NCBI GenBank assembly: GCA_964016885.1
Contig: OZ024741.1
Location: 59,954,001 to 60,018,000 of the forward strand
Source: Eledone cirrhosa
Lineage: Eukaryota
Length of the DNA stretch: 64,000 nucleotides
Direction of reading: 5' to 3'
The notes under the pieces were generated by a model. That model did not search any database. It was not told where the DNA came from and saw only the letters and a program-made list of their open reading frames with translations. The position numbers and the translations under genes are program-made. Below are positions 28,601-42,315 of the stretch, one piece after another; positions within the stretch are counted from its first letter, which is position 1; each line of letters begins with the position of its first letter.

Positions 28601-30700
28601 CGGCGGGAGTAACCGATCGAGGGACCTAACAAACTGCATAATAGGTAGTATGCATGTTGTGTCCCTGTATCCATCTATTGACGTGGATTTTGCTGTGGAG
28701 AAATGGGTAGAAATGATCAGTGAGAGCAATGTTGAGTTCCGTGGGATTGATACCAGTGAGCTGGGACTCCTACTTAAACTTACCTATAGTAATAATTACC
28801 TAGACACATATGACCTTAGCATCTTGTGCCCTACAACACCAGCAAGAGGCAGACCACCTACCATTAACTCAATGGCCAAGAAAACACACACAGATAGATG
28901 GAACGGGTAAACCAGAGCCATACGGACACACGAAAACCACGATGAAGTGAAGAAAATGATTGCACATGCGGTGGGGGCCAGCGTAAAATTAACCCTTATG
29001 GAACATATGTTCAAATTTAATGGAAAAACATATGCCCAAGAAGAAGGAGCAGCCATTGGTGTTAACATTGCAGGCGACATAGCTAACTTATTCATGGTAT
29101 GGTGGGACAGTAGACTTAAACTTAAAGTTAAAGAACAATTAGAAGACCCCTTAAGCCTGATAATCTACTCCCGCTATGTTGATGATATAAACATCGTAGT
29201 TAAAACACCCCCACTAGAGAACAGTCAGGAATTAGAGAAAAACACAATGTAAAGCATCCAGCAAATAGCTAACTCCATCCACCAGAGTATTAGAGTTACT
29301 ATAGGCTACCCAAGTAAACACCCCAACCATCGATTACCTGTACTAGACACAGAGCTCTGGTTAGATACCATTAATAACAAAAAACAAATCCCCCATTCCC
29401 ATTATGCCAAACCCATGACTTCTAAATATCTGATCCACCGAAACTCAGCTGTTTCGGACCATACCAAAATCAACATACTGATTGCGGATTTGTAACGGGT
29501 GATGAGGAAAGTGTCCCGCATGTGCAACCCCGAAGAACTAGAGAGACACATACAACACTTCATCCACCGTATGCAGTTCTCTGGTTATAATCAGAGAGAT
29601 AAAATCAGAGTGTATAGAGGAGCCAGAACCAAATGGGAAAAAATGGTAAATAATGGCACAAATGGGACCTGCCCCTTGTATAGGAGCACATTTCGGAATA
29701 GAATAGAGAGAACTAGGAATAAGTCTAATAGAATAAACTCATGGTATGATAGCAATAAATACCAGAGTGTGATGTTCATCGATACAACCCCTGGAGATGA
29801 ATTAGCTTACAAATTTAGAAGGGCCCTAGATAAACATAAAATCAATATTAAGATAGTAGAAAGACCAGGTACCCTCCGTAAAAACACTTATTAGCAAGAC
29901 ATACCCTTTTGAAAGAGCCCCTGTATAGATAATAAATGTATAACCTGTAAATTAAGCCCCCATATTAACTGTAAAACTAGAAATGTAGTATATAGCATAA
30001 GATGTACTGAAGGACAATGTAGAGACAAAAATATAGTGCACATAGGTGAGACAGCTCGTGGTGTAGGGGGACGGATAAATGAACACTGGCGAGACCTTCA
30101 GGATAGTAAAGAATCATTTGAACTCTACCAACATGCTAAAATAGAACATAAGGGTAAATTAGAGAACATAGAAATAAAAATAGAATCTACACACAGAAAA
30201 GACGCAATGTTTAGACAAATCACAGAGGCAATAAACATAAAAGAATTACAACCAAAATTAAATAGAAAATATGAGTGGAACAGCAACATCACAACTTACA
30301 ATTAAGGACAATATGAAAACACACACGCACATAGAACAAACAACCAACATGTAACATGTAAATAAACAAATAAATAAACGAATATATACACACACAGACA
30401 CCCGGATGTGGCGCATGCGCAGACTGAGCACACAACACACACACAGAAACAAAATGGCGTAGGACAGACCAAAGGAGAGGCACAAAAACAAAGAAAAGAA
30501 TCCCCAGTGACTGAAGAGGTCACAGAATGTGTGACGAAAAAACTTTGACAATATATAAACAACCATCTGGTTGTGGAACCAACCAACCAACCGGAAATTT
30601 ATAAATTCCTAAATTTATAAATTTATTATAATAAATAGAAGTGAAAGCAACTGGTGCGTGTGTTTCTTATTGGCAACATGGCCCTCCCAAAGTATAACAA
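25621..30700. mobile_element. Second palindromic Neptune-type PLE insertion: minus arm 25621-~27203, plus arm ~27197-30700
   Basis: Same family as 9741-14432 with a different inversion junction (gttccttaagggaac). HHRs at 25834-25876 (-) and 30507-30549 (+), (TA)n flanks, and an internal deletion in the minus arm at ~26560. Confidence 0.92.
27197..30305 (+). pseudogene. PLE RT + GIY-YIG ORF with N-terminal region and Asn/Thr-rich low-complexity segment, interrupted
   Basis: LQLPPKYATF..EIEKSFTKLRW, PTDKSSRM, YGLRKDHK..PPTRPVC, SLYPSID, YSRYVDD, (H)IGETAR. Confidence 0.9.
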
Positions 30701-31059
30701 TATATATATATATAAATATATATAGTATTTAATTATTATTTGGGGCAATTGTGTCGTGGATATATATATTAAATGGATATTAACAACATAAGAACGATCT
30801 TGCAGCAAGGACTACATTCGTTAATGCTCAACATATATTTGGGGTGGACAAATAAAACAAATGTTTGCGGTGTAAAATATTTTGGACAACAAACGAACAA
30901 TTCTAATTATATCTTTCAGTTTTAATATTATCTTTCATTATAAACAAAATTTATCTTCACACTAATTTAAAATTCTATATTATTTTGGTAATAATAATAA
31001 TGATAATAACAATTATTATTATTATTTCTTTTTAAATGCCACAAGGATCAATAATAATG

Positions 31060-31245
31060 ATTTCTATTATAGGCAGAGGGGCAGCAATTATCCCAGTGTA
31101 TCACTGGTACTTTATTTTATCCCCATAAGGTTGAAAGGCAAAGTTAATCTCGGCGGAATGTGAACTCAGGCCATAGAGGTCCGTATCTCTTTACTGCAAA
31201 GCATGGCGTCAGATCCTCTACCGATTTTGCCAATCCACCGCCATA
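31060..31245 (-). mobile_element. tRNA-derived SINE
   Basis: Reverse complement of the 3106-3295 family, lying between (AAT)n tracts. Confidence 0.75.
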
Positions 31246-31287
31246 GGAACAATAATGATAATAATAATAATGATAATAATGATAATG

Positions 31288-31990
31288 ATTTCTTTATTAG
31301 CCATACAGGGCTCATATTAAGGAGACATTAAAGACGATACAGGATGATACAGTGTGGATTTCTCTTTGTTTAAAATAAAATGTATAAATAAGACTAACAA
31401 TATAAACATTAAAATCAAACATAACAACTTCCTCAAAGGTGAGGAGACTTTAAGGGTCACTCGTATAGAAATTCCACAGTAGCCACGGTCACCCTGTCTG
31501 TAGGGCAAAGTACCGTCTCGCAGTCTTTTTACTCCAATCTACATGCGTATGCTCAAGGCGGTCCATTCACACGGACCATGCTCGACACTCTCACCCACCT
31601 TTCAACAAACTGGTTGGATGGCAGCACTTCCTTTTTCACCCTTATTTTCCTCTTTAAGTGAAATCTAAAAAGGTTAATCAGTCCTTCGCCATGGCCACCA
31701 TGCAGATAAAAAATGCCTGTGCTTTCCCTCTAAAGGACGACGGCGGGGCGATATTCACAATGGATTCAGTTGATAGTCGGCTCCGTCCTACACGCGACAG
31801 CAGGAGCTAGACATAAACCCACAGGTCAGCAACAGTGCGTGTAAAAAGGATTCGTCGCCCTGCGCGCACCTCGGACAGGCCCGATTGACGGCACTTCCAT
31901 GCCTGTAGAGTTTATCTCAAAATGGCAAAACTCCTGGGTAGCACTACCAGGCCAGAGATTTCTGGAAGTTGTCCATGGGCCCTGGCCCAA
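31288..31990 (-). mobile_element. 3' end of an L1/Tx1-clade LINE
   Basis: Minus strand reads LKRKIRVKKEVLPSNQFVERWVRVSSMVRVNG. The terminus ccctgtatggctaataaagaaat+(ATT)n matches 61768-61790. Confidence 0.65.
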
Positions 31991-31994
31991 AAAT

Positions 31995-33470
31995 TCTATT
32001 TTGCAAACACAAAAACAATAGGAATAATGTGCATCCCAATGCAGACCAACAATAACAATCCTGAATAACTTGACACAATAAACACAGAAAAAAAAAGAGA
32101 CGAACATGAATTTCTTCCAGAATAGTTCACAAAAAAAAGAAAAAGTATATATAAATCAGAAACGAAATCATAGCAGCAAAAAATCACATAATTGAAGTAA
32201 TAAGCAGAATTGTATGACAGATTATATTTATTAAACTTCCAATCCACAAAATCTAACAAGAAGATCATTGAGACATAACACGCCGTATTAGAAGAATACC
32301 TCAGTTTTGATGATCATCGTGTTATAAGTACGCTAAATTGCATTACATATGCAACATTTGTAGCTGTAACTGAATAACTGAACAGAAACACAAAGAAAAA
32401 CACATGTAACAGACATAAAATTCCTTCTTGGAGAGTAAAATAAATAAAGAAATCGAGGTACTGTTGAATGACAATTCCGTACATCATGAAATGTTAAATG
32501 GCGTTCAGATAACAATCTTGAAATCCACAACAGTAAAAAGAATATGCAGAACAGCAGACATAAAAAAAAACATAGAAATAAAAGAAACATTGAAGTAAAA
32601 CGTGCAAATGAAGTCACATATTTCACGACGATATAAAAAAGAAACAAAGTTTTATAGAAAAAACAAGATCTTTGAAACAGATAATAAAAGATATCTAGAG
32701 AACTAGGAATATATGAAATAGAAATAAGAAAAGTCATCCTCAATGAAGGAAATACATAATTTTTGTGAGAAAACATCTGGAATAATCCAAAGGAACACAA
32801 TAAAAATGCTGAGTTGATTCAACAGCAGAAAGTAAGAATGTGGAATATGCCAACATAAGAAAAGAAAATGTCAAAATTGTTTGAATGAAATTTCAAAAAT
32901 TGAAAACACTTGGATATTGCCAAAGTCCCAATCGATTGGATTAACCGCCTTACATGTACATATAGTTTGATTGCAAAAACTCAAAAAGCATGATTTCCCC
33001 AATGGAGATGCCATACAGGACATAAAGAAAATATCATCCCTCTAAGTGAAAAATAACTGATGAATTACAGACCATCAAAAGAGGGCAATAAAATCCACAA
33101 AAATAGGATCAAAGGAAGCAATCATTCTTCAGATGATGACAACATGGCGGAAATCACCTGTACATGGCCATTATTGAACCCGAATAAAATATAAAAATAA
33201 CAAGATACACATTACAGTGCATACTGATTGTAATGTGACTTTTAAGATATTTGAAAAAAAGGATCTTGAAAGAGAGACACAAACATATGGTGTAAGAAAG
33301 CCATCACTAACCCAATTATTGTTGGAGCACTGGGGCTCAAATTTATTGGATCATATACCGGGTAAATATTGTATGAAAGAAATTCATAAAATCGTACTCA
33401 CTAGTATGCCCACATTTTACGAAGGAAGTTGTCAAAGTAATTTGGGGAAAGCAAACCATGCATCTTGTAT
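31995..33470 (+). mobile_element. Highly degraded, internally deleted Dong/R4-like LINE
   Basis: Remnant NYRP and C-terminal GALG..IPG..EIHKIVL..HILR, paralleling 54425-54784. Confidence 0.6.
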
Positions 33471-33924
33471 GTGACACATCAATGGACCTAAGATTACACT
33501 TTTTCCATTATATTTTGTATTCAATTCTGGCATACATTTTAAAAAGGAATGTATAACCTGTAAATACTATAATTAGTTTTGCTGAATATATCTATCTGTA
33601 AATATTGTATATAGATATTTTAGTTTGCTCTCTTCTTAAAGAAACCAAAAGGTCTATAAACTACGTTTACAGATACATATAGCCAGCATCTCGTGGAATG
33701 AAAGGTAGGAGGCTGAAATACGAGGAAAATGTTAGGATCTGATGCAGTAATGCGGTAGGTGTAATGCAATAATGCGGTAGGTGTAATGCAGCAATGCTGT
33801 AGGTGTAAAGCAAAGTTCACTATCTTCAATTCGGTATTTCTGTCGTCCTAAGTGTTGTTGGAGTAACGCTACTCGATAGATGCAAAGCTCCGCGATCAGG
33901 AAGTTGCTCAAGGTAGAACAACTT

Positions 33925-34375
33925 CAGCAATTTGATGGGGAGTGGAAGTCGATTAAATCGACCCCAGTGCATTACTAGTGCTTTACTTTATCGACTCCGT
34001 AAGGATGAAAGGCAAAACTAACCTCGGCGGGATTAGCTTTGCCTTTCATCCTTACGGGGTCGATAAAATAAAGCACCAGTAATGCATTGGGGTCGATTAG
34101 ATCTATTTTCCCTTCCCCCAAAATTACTGGCATTGTGCCTGGAGTAGAAACAACAACAACAATAATAATAATAATGAGTCCTGATATATGCACAAGACCA
34201 GTAATTTGGGGAGAGGGGAAAGTCAATTAAATCGACTCCAGTGCATTACTGGTACTTTATTTTATCGACCCTGTAAGAATGAAAGGCAAAGTTAATCTCG
34301 GTGGGATTTGAACTCAGATCGTAAAAGGTCATAACTTTATGGTGCAAAACATGCTCTACCGAAACTGCTAAACCA
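33925..34375. mobile_element. SINE cluster: inverted pair 33925-34150 plus minus-strand copy 34180-34375
   Basis: The shared SINE body tttgcctttcatccttacggggtcgataaaataaag occurs in both orientations. Confidence 0.8.
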
Positions 34376-34963
34376 ATAATAATAATAATAAACACAATAT
34401 ACCATTTCATGAAACGAAAATCTGGAAAACGTGTTATTTTTAGAAAATGTGTTATGGATAATAAGTGGGTGACTTAGAAATAATGGTATGTCTGCAATGT
34501 ACAGAAAATATGTATTTGCGGTGGATTAACACACCAGTGCCTAAAAAAAATGACATAAGAATAATAGTTTTCTGGGGCGTAGAGAAATTATAGATTTGTA
34601 GTTTCTTACCATACGAATGTTTAAAATTAGAATAAGAATGATTTTGAAATGAAATATATTTTTGGATGTTTTGCAAAGCACTTTTCTGGAAAAGCTATTG
34701 CATGCTTTCATAAATGCTTTCAAGCAAAATTATGTGTATCTGAGGAATAAATTGTTCATACATTAATTCATTTCAAAAACTCCTGTCGGGTAAACAAGTT
34801 TGTACAGTGATAATAGAATTTTTGTTATCCAGTGGACGCAGCAAGGCGTAATGCATGTGGAATTCGCCTTGCAAGTATAACATTTTAGGTTCGATGCCAC
34901 TGCATTGCATAATCGGTATCATTTACCAGAACCTCTTTGAATGGACAAACACACACACACACA

Positions 34964-34995
<32 letters not shown>

Positions 34996-34998
<3 letters not shown>

Positions 34999-35923
34999 AG
35001 AGTATTGAAGTTTGCTTGAAGCATTGTGGAACAATAAGTAAATATTTAGAAGTCGTTTGGAAGCCTCGACAATGTAAATGGGTAAATCTCCGGGTAACAG
35101 GGTCCGGTGGAGGAGAGAGAGATATGTAAGTGGGTGTACGTTAAGATGCGTGGTGTGTATAAGATGTGTGAGATGTGTAGAATGAAGGGAAGAGTGAAAG
35201 GGTAAGAATAATAATAACAATACAAGAGAGAGAGTTACCTTGGGAGAGATTTAATAGTCCCTATATATTTCGGATTCACATCCATCAACTGGGGTTTTTT
35301 TCCGGGGTGGGGGAAAAGGTTGTCTGTCGGACAATTCGGAACGCGTCTTTCGCTGTTTGTTGATTTGAATATCTGAGGTATTCGGTCGAGCGCGCGTGCG
35401 CGTGAAATGGGGTCGGTCGTACAGAAGTCAACGGCCGAATGAGGGAGTGGGATGGCGCTAGCTGTCAGTCCATTCTCTGCCTGCTTGTTAAATGTTACTG
35501 TGTGTGTGCGTGTGTTGTTGTCTCGCTTGAGTGTATGTGTGTGTGAGTGTGCGTGTGTAGTTGCCTAGTTCATCTGTATTGGCAGTGTAGTATGTTCGTA
35601 TGGTGGAATGCTACTGTGTGTGTGTGTGCGTGTGTGTGTGTAGTTGTCTCGTTTGCGTGTGTGTGTGTGTGCGTGTGTTGTGTGTTGTTGCATCGCTTGT
35701 TAACTTAAACCAGCCATTTCATTTCGCTTCTCTCTAATCGGTTGTTTATTTGCGGTTGTAGTCGTTTGATAAGAAGCCCTTCCTTAATACGTAACGTGCC
35801 GACGTTTCTTTCAGTCGCTAGAATTGTGACAATGGGCCTTCCGTCTTTGTTTCCGCATTTGTCTATGTGTTTCCGGAAAGACAAGGCCCTGGTTTTAATG
35901 TGTTCCTTGATCCGGATGTGCAT
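34996..35923 (-). mobile_element. 3' end of a PLE (GIY-YIG C-terminus 35705-35923, 3' UTR and degenerate HHR ~35258-35295)
   Basis: RIKEH..FRKHIDKC..LRIKEGLLIKRLQPQIN, and ggatgtgaatcc-GAAA-tata-TA-ggg. The tail is related to 24940-25070. Confidence 0.75.
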
Positions 35924-38008
35924 AGTAATAATAATAAAATTGAAGACTAAAATCTAAAGAGGGCTCGATAAGGAAAATATATATCAAATATATAAAAACC
36001 GTAGAGCAAATATTTATTAAAATAACAGATTAAAGTTTAAGCAAAGAATCGCTGCTTTCACCCTTAACGGGATCTTCTGAAACTAACAAAGTCAATCTGT
36101 AAACGCAGAACTGGATATTTCAAAAAACGTTGCAACCGGAGGAAGACAGGAAGACGATACTTTGGTTCGTGGAAACGTTCGCTGGCAAAGAACGGGAAAA
36201 AATGAATAATACGTCATTAATAGGAGCGGTGAAAAACAATTACGCGCAAAGACAGAACCACGTTTATGGTATAAAAGAGGTCGTAGACTAATGTTCTCTT
36301 AGGTGGTGCATAGAGACGTTCTCTGGCAATGAACGAAAAAACGAAGATAATAAGTCATATGTGGAGCATGGAGAATAATAGCACGCAAAGACAAAACCAC
36401 GTAAATGGTATAGCAGAAGTCGTAGACTAAAATTCTAACTAGGAGACCAAATGAATCTCCTCTACAGAGTTAAGAACAAAGTAAATAAATACAATACAGA
36501 AGTAATAGAAACAAATAAATACATACACGCAAACAGATACGTACATACACAAGCATACGCAAAACCTTACCATAGGTATACAAAACCACGCACATATAAA
36601 TATGTGTGTGTGTGTATGCTTGTGTACAAATAAATAAATAATTATATAAACGTATATAAGTAAATAAATACGTATATAACAAGCGCACACACATACCTAC
36701 AAATAAATACACGAATGTTCGGAGACGTAAGTCAACTAAAACAAGAAGTACACATATACACACACCCACCATACGTACGAACCTGCATACTCACGCAGAC
36801 GCAAAACTCCCGTATACACATAGCCAAACCTTAAATACCAGAATATGTAAAAAGTATACGCCATAACAGTCAAGTATACGTACGAGAAGGTATACATACC
36901 TTCACAAAACATACGGGTAATATATACTTACCTATGCAAATAAGTAAAGGAATAAACAACACATATACTTAGCTCCCGCATCAAGACGTAAAATATCCAC
37001 GGATAGCACGATCTATACGTGGATATTTTACGTCTTGATGCGGGAGCTAAGTATATGTGTTGTTTATTCCTTTACTTATTTGCATAGGTAAGTATATATT
37101 ACCCGTATGTTTTGTGAAGGTATGTATACCTTCTCGTACGTATACTTGACTGTTATGGCGTATAATTTTTACATATTCTGGTATTTAAGGTTTGGCTATG
37201 TGTATACGGGAGTTTTGCGTCTGCGTGAGTATGCAGGTTCGTACGTATGGTGGGTGTGTGTATATGTGTACTTCTTGTATTAGTTGACTTACGTCTGCGA
37301 ACATTCGTGTATTTATTTGTAGGTATGTGTGTGCGCTTGTTATATACGTATTTATTTACTTATATACGTTTATATAATTATTTATTTATTTGTACACAAG
37401 CATACACACACACACATATTTATATGTGCGCGGTTTTGTATACCTATGGTAAGGTTTTGCGTATGCTTGTGTATGTACGTATCTGTTTGCGTGTATGTAT
37501 TTATTTGTTTCTATTACTTCTGTATTGTATTTATTTACTTTGTTCTTAACTCTGTAGAGGAGATTCATTTGGTCTCCTAGTTAGAATTTTAGTCTACGAC
37601 TTCTGCTATACCATTTACGTGGTTTTGTCTTTGCCTGCTATTATTCTCCACGCTCCACATATGACTTATTATCTTCGTTTTTTCGTTCATTGCCAGAGAA
37701 CGTCTCTATGCACCACCTAAGAGAACATTAGTCTACGACCTCTTTTATACCATAAACGTGGTTCTGTCTTTGCGCGTAATTGTTTTTCTCCGCTCCTATT
37801 AATGACGTATTATTCGTTTTTTCTCGTTCTTTGCCACCGAACGTTTCCACGAACCAAACTATCGTCTTCCTGTCTTCCTCCGGTTGCAACGTTTTTTGAA
37901 ATATCCAGTTCTGCGTTTACAGATTGACTTTGTTAGTTTCAGAAGATCCCGTTAAGGGTGAAAGCAGCGATTCTTTGCTTAAACTTTAATGTGTTATTTT
38001 AATAAATA
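35922..38008. mobile_element. ~2.1-kb ORF-less palindrome made of family G (Naiad-type) pLTR, arms ~36010-36998 and ~37014-38008
   Basis: Near-identical ~1-kb arms with an internal ~130-bp tandem duplication. Homologous to 43067-44250. Confidence 0.92.
37920..37993 (+). ncRNA. Variant type I hammerhead (core CAGAAGA), family G; mirror 36026-36099 on minus strand
   Basis: agttt-CAGAAGA-tcccgttaagggt-GAAA-gca-gcgattctt-tgc-TT-aaact, with distal stem I cagatt/aatctg (perfect in the mirror copy). Confidence 0.7.
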
Positions 38009-38113
38009 TATATATATATATCATATAGATATGTATATATATCATATATATATATATATATATCATATATATTTCTATATCATATATATATATATATATA
38101 TATCATATACATA

Positions 38114-38183
<70 letters not shown>

Positions 38184-38185
<2 letters not shown>

Positions 38186-39521
38186 CGAATGAAATGTGGT
38201 AAGGAACCAGGTGAACCATAACGCACCAAAGTACTCAATACTTAGGGTAGTAGAGTGGGTAATAGGAACGAGTAGGACCCCGACGGCTGAGCTCAAGCCG
38301 TTTCGACGGCTAATTCTGGACTAAATGAACATTTTTATCCTGGTATTTGAATAGCCGAGCTTCTCAGGGGGTAATTCCATATATGGTAAAAGAGATTGTC
38401 ACAAGGATTGGTCAAAAGTTTGTTGTAGAGACATAATAATTCTATCATGGCAATTTGTGGAGGGAAGGGGTAGCTGAACCTGCCAGTGGAAGAAAGAGGG
38501 AGAAGGGGTGGAGGAGACTCAGTCGTGCGTTGATAGTGCCGACTACAGCTGGGCAGGAGGTCAAAGAAGATACTAGGGAGGGGGAGGGGGAGGAAGTCGA
38601 AACAATAAGTAAAACAATATGGGGTAAATTTTTAGAAAAATACGGAGAGTGTTAAAGAGCAATTAAATGTAAAAAAAAAAAAAAAAGAAAAAAAAATGCT
38701 CCGTATTAAATTTTACATATACTTCGTAGGAGCATTTATGTAGTTTGCACTAGAATTTTTGCATCGTGGCAGCACCCTTAGAGATAGTATTAGTATTCTT
38801 TTTCGGGATTCTGAATTATTATTTCGTATTAGTTTATTTTTTTGCACTGGGTGGTTGCTGGCCTTTTGCCTGCGGTAGAAACTTTTATTTCGTACTGGTC
38901 TCGGGACTATTTCGTGGTAGTTTCTTTAGTATTTTGACGCCCCACTTGTTGACCCGTCACCGTAAGATATACTCGGTTTATTACTTATACCTCTTAAAAG
39001 GGTCTCATTATAATTCCGTCCCACCTAGTAAACCTTTCTTTAGTCTAGCAGTACCAGTGAGAGACTAGATAGCTGTCCCTAGGTCGTAGTAACCAGAAAT
39101 TTTATTTTTTTATTTTTTTACATTTAATTGCTCTTTAACACTCTCCGTATTTTTCTATATATTTACCCCATATTGTTTTACTTATTGTTTCGACTTTCTC
39201 CCCTCCCCCTCCCTAGTATCTTCTTTGACCTCCTGCCCAGCTGTGGTCGGTACTATCAACGCACGACTGGGTCTCCTCCACCCCTCTCCCTCTTTCTTCC
39301 ACTGGCAGATTCAGCTACCCCTTCCCTCCACAAATTGGCATGATAGAATTATTATGTCTCTACAACAAACTTTTGACCAATCCTTGTGACAATCTCTTTT
39401 ACCATATATGGAATTACCCCTTGAGAAGCTCGGCTACTCAAATACCAGGATAAAAATGTTCATTTAGTCCAGAATTAGCCGTCGAAACGGCTTGAGCTCA
39501 GCCGTCGGGGTCCTACTCGTT

Positions 39522-39525
<4 letters not shown>
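38184..39525. mobile_element. Fold-back pLTR element family F, arms ~38262-38680 and ~39105-39525, with tail 38184-38262
   Basis: About 420-bp inverted arms around a ~420-bp spacer, an HHR in each arm, and (TA)n flanks. Confidence 0.88.
39416..39511 (+). ncRNA. Type I hammerhead with U3-A8 core (TTGAGAA), family F; mirror 38277-38372
   Basis: acccc-TTGAGAA-gctcggcta...tagccgtc-GAAA-cggc-ttgagctca-gccg-TC-ggggt. Confidence 0.78.
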
Positions 39526-39600
<75 letters not shown>

Positions 39601-39706
39601 TATACTTACTGTATATATATATATATATATATATATCATATATATATATATGTGTATATATATATATATATATATCATATACATACTGTATATATATATA
39701 TATATC

Positions 39707-39791
<85 letters not shown>

Positions 39792-40599
39792 CGTGTGTGT
39801 GTGTGTGTGTGCGTGTGTGTGTGTGTGTGTGTCACTGCCCTCGGGTAATTGTGTACAAAAATATGAAAGCGTGTACAATTGAAATACTTATGGCAAAGAG
39901 AAGATAAGCTCCGACATTTCAAGTAAAATATTTTACCAAAGTAAAGTAAGAAACGTGGGGGAACTATACCGAGTTAAAGAGGTGATCTGGTTCCAATGGC
40001 TACATCAATAATCTATATATAAAATAAAAGACAGATGTTTATTGGCTGGCTGAATCACAGGAAAACTACACACACTCACGCACATATACATACACACAGA
40101 TCTAAAGAGAGAGTGAGAGACACACAGAGGGAGAGGCAGAGGGAGAGATATGCCGTTATACAGAGACGGGTACAATTAAAGTGTTAGATATTCAGAGAGA
40201 GAGAGAGAGCAAGAGAGAGAGAGAGCGAGAGAGAGAAAGTGGCGTCCCACAAAAGTATAGAATCGGCTTAAACTATCAGTTGAATGTTTAACAATATTGC
40301 GTTGCCTTTATAAAGTCGTTTTACACCTGTCTTTGATTTTACTTATATAAATATATGAAGAGATGACTCGTTACTGTATATATTTCTTCTTAGGTATGTA
40401 AGGTCTGGCGGAGTAGGATGAACTGTGCGTTAGACTCAAGGGGGGTTATTTGAATGGGAAAACTATTAATTCGTAGTTTGGATTTGAATTTTTTTTTTGC
40501 GACCCCACCTCTGTTTCCTTCTGATACGCCTCGTACATTAGTAACGACAGTACACATAATGAATACAAATTACCTTATGGGAGTACTTCTTCTTCTTCT

Positions 40600-41270
40600 T
40601 CTTCTTTCACTTATTGCTCGGGGTCTATCGCTGAGCCTCCTGCATATTGGTTTTGCCCATAAATTCTATCTATCGATTCTTTCCTGAGACATTCTAAACG
40701 CAAGCCTATAATATCGCAGCTGTGATCTTTTAATTCGGAGTAGTAGCGGCTCTACCCGGAGCGACCTTCTAATCTCTGAGATACACAATCTATCGTGTAA
40801 CGTTACTCAAAATACACTTGAGAGGAACCCCATTTCGGCCTCTTGAATTCACGATCGTATTCTATCGGTTATTACGTAAGATTCATGACCATAGTTAAGG
40901 GTTGACATGAATAGCAGATTGAATATAGTGAGCTTGGATTTTACACCCACCTCCCTTCTTCTGCAGACAGAATGCAGAATCTGACGCATTACTGCACCAG
41001 ATCCAGCAATTCTTGCATTTAATTAAGCCTTCTTTATTCCATCACTCGTAACAACGGATGCGAGATATTTGGTCGTTTGCAACAGCTTCAGTGGAACTCG
41101 GCTCAAATGTACATAGTACTGCGCAGGCTTCTATGAGTGGACAATGATCCCAGTCTTCGCAGCACCGATTTTCATTCTTGCCTTACAACACTCGGCAGGA
41201 AACCCATCCAGCACTTATCGGAGATCCATTTCCGACGAGTTAAGTAGTGCCTTGTCGTCTGCAAATTAAA
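40600..41270 (-). mobile_element. Degraded RTE-clade LINE 3' portion
   Basis: Minus strand reads KSKLTIFNLLFMSTLNYGHES..IQEAEMGFL..EIRRSLRVEPLLLRIKRSQLRY..RMSQER..RPR. Confidence 0.75.
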
Positions 41271-41790
41271 ACCGAATGATCCTACACCCGCCGTTGTCAT
41301 ATTACTTCTAACACAGCTACGCATGTCAAACATATTCATGAAGATTATGAACAGAATATATAACAATACGTACAATTGATGGAGTCCTATATCCACATTG
41401 AATGGTCTCAACTTAGCACCATTTATTCGAACTCAAATACTTGGGAATTCGTATAGAGACTTCAAGACAAAAACATGTCCATCAACATATGTTAGTTCCT
41501 GATGGAGTATATGTACAATAAGGATAATTGTGACGTCCATGGTAGATGTTAGAATTCCATTATTCATAAAGCTGTGATACATATTTCAATGGCCTTCGTG
41601 GCTCCGAAGTGATGATTCGATGGCGCAACCGGCCACACTCCACCATCAGACAGCATCTTATTCAATAAGATTACATGCCGAGGTATTCCTAAAGAACGAA
41701 TAGATATGATGTTTTCAGATGTGTGTGGGTTTGTGTGTATGCGTGCGTATCTGTGTGCATGTATACATACATATATATATATGTGGGTGT

Positions 41791-41885
<95 letters not shown>

Positions 41886-42250
41886 TGCAAATTAAATGTT
41901 TTCAGAATATATATTGTTTCGAAAGATATGTGTCTACCATGTGAGATGATGCAAATAAATGAATATTTATACATGCAGTCAGATATCTAAAATGGTTGGA
42001 TTGGAGGAACATATTAATCTCTTATATTGTTAATTAATTAATACGCTCTGTGGAATCGAGTTTAATGTTTCTTTGTCCGATCATACAGATCTATCTGTTA
42101 TGGTAAGGCTGTTGTAGATTGCATGTAAAACGACGGCCACATTGGAAAAGGAGCGGTACATGTGTGTGAGAGGGTGTGATAGAGTTTGAGAGAGATGGTG
42201 TGAGGGTTGGTGAAGCAAAAACCTTTTTTATATCCCAGACAATTATACTA

Positions 42251-42311
<61 letters not shown>

Positions 42312-42315
<4 letters not shown>

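Noticed and set aside
33750-33810. Short ~21-bp direct repeats considered as a CRISPR-like array
   Set aside because: Contiguous tandem repeats without spacers, in a eukaryotic context with no cas genes.
36439-37580. Mirror-image ORF pairs on opposite strands
   Set aside because: They result from the palindrome, and are low-complexity 3' UTR sequence with no recognisable domain.
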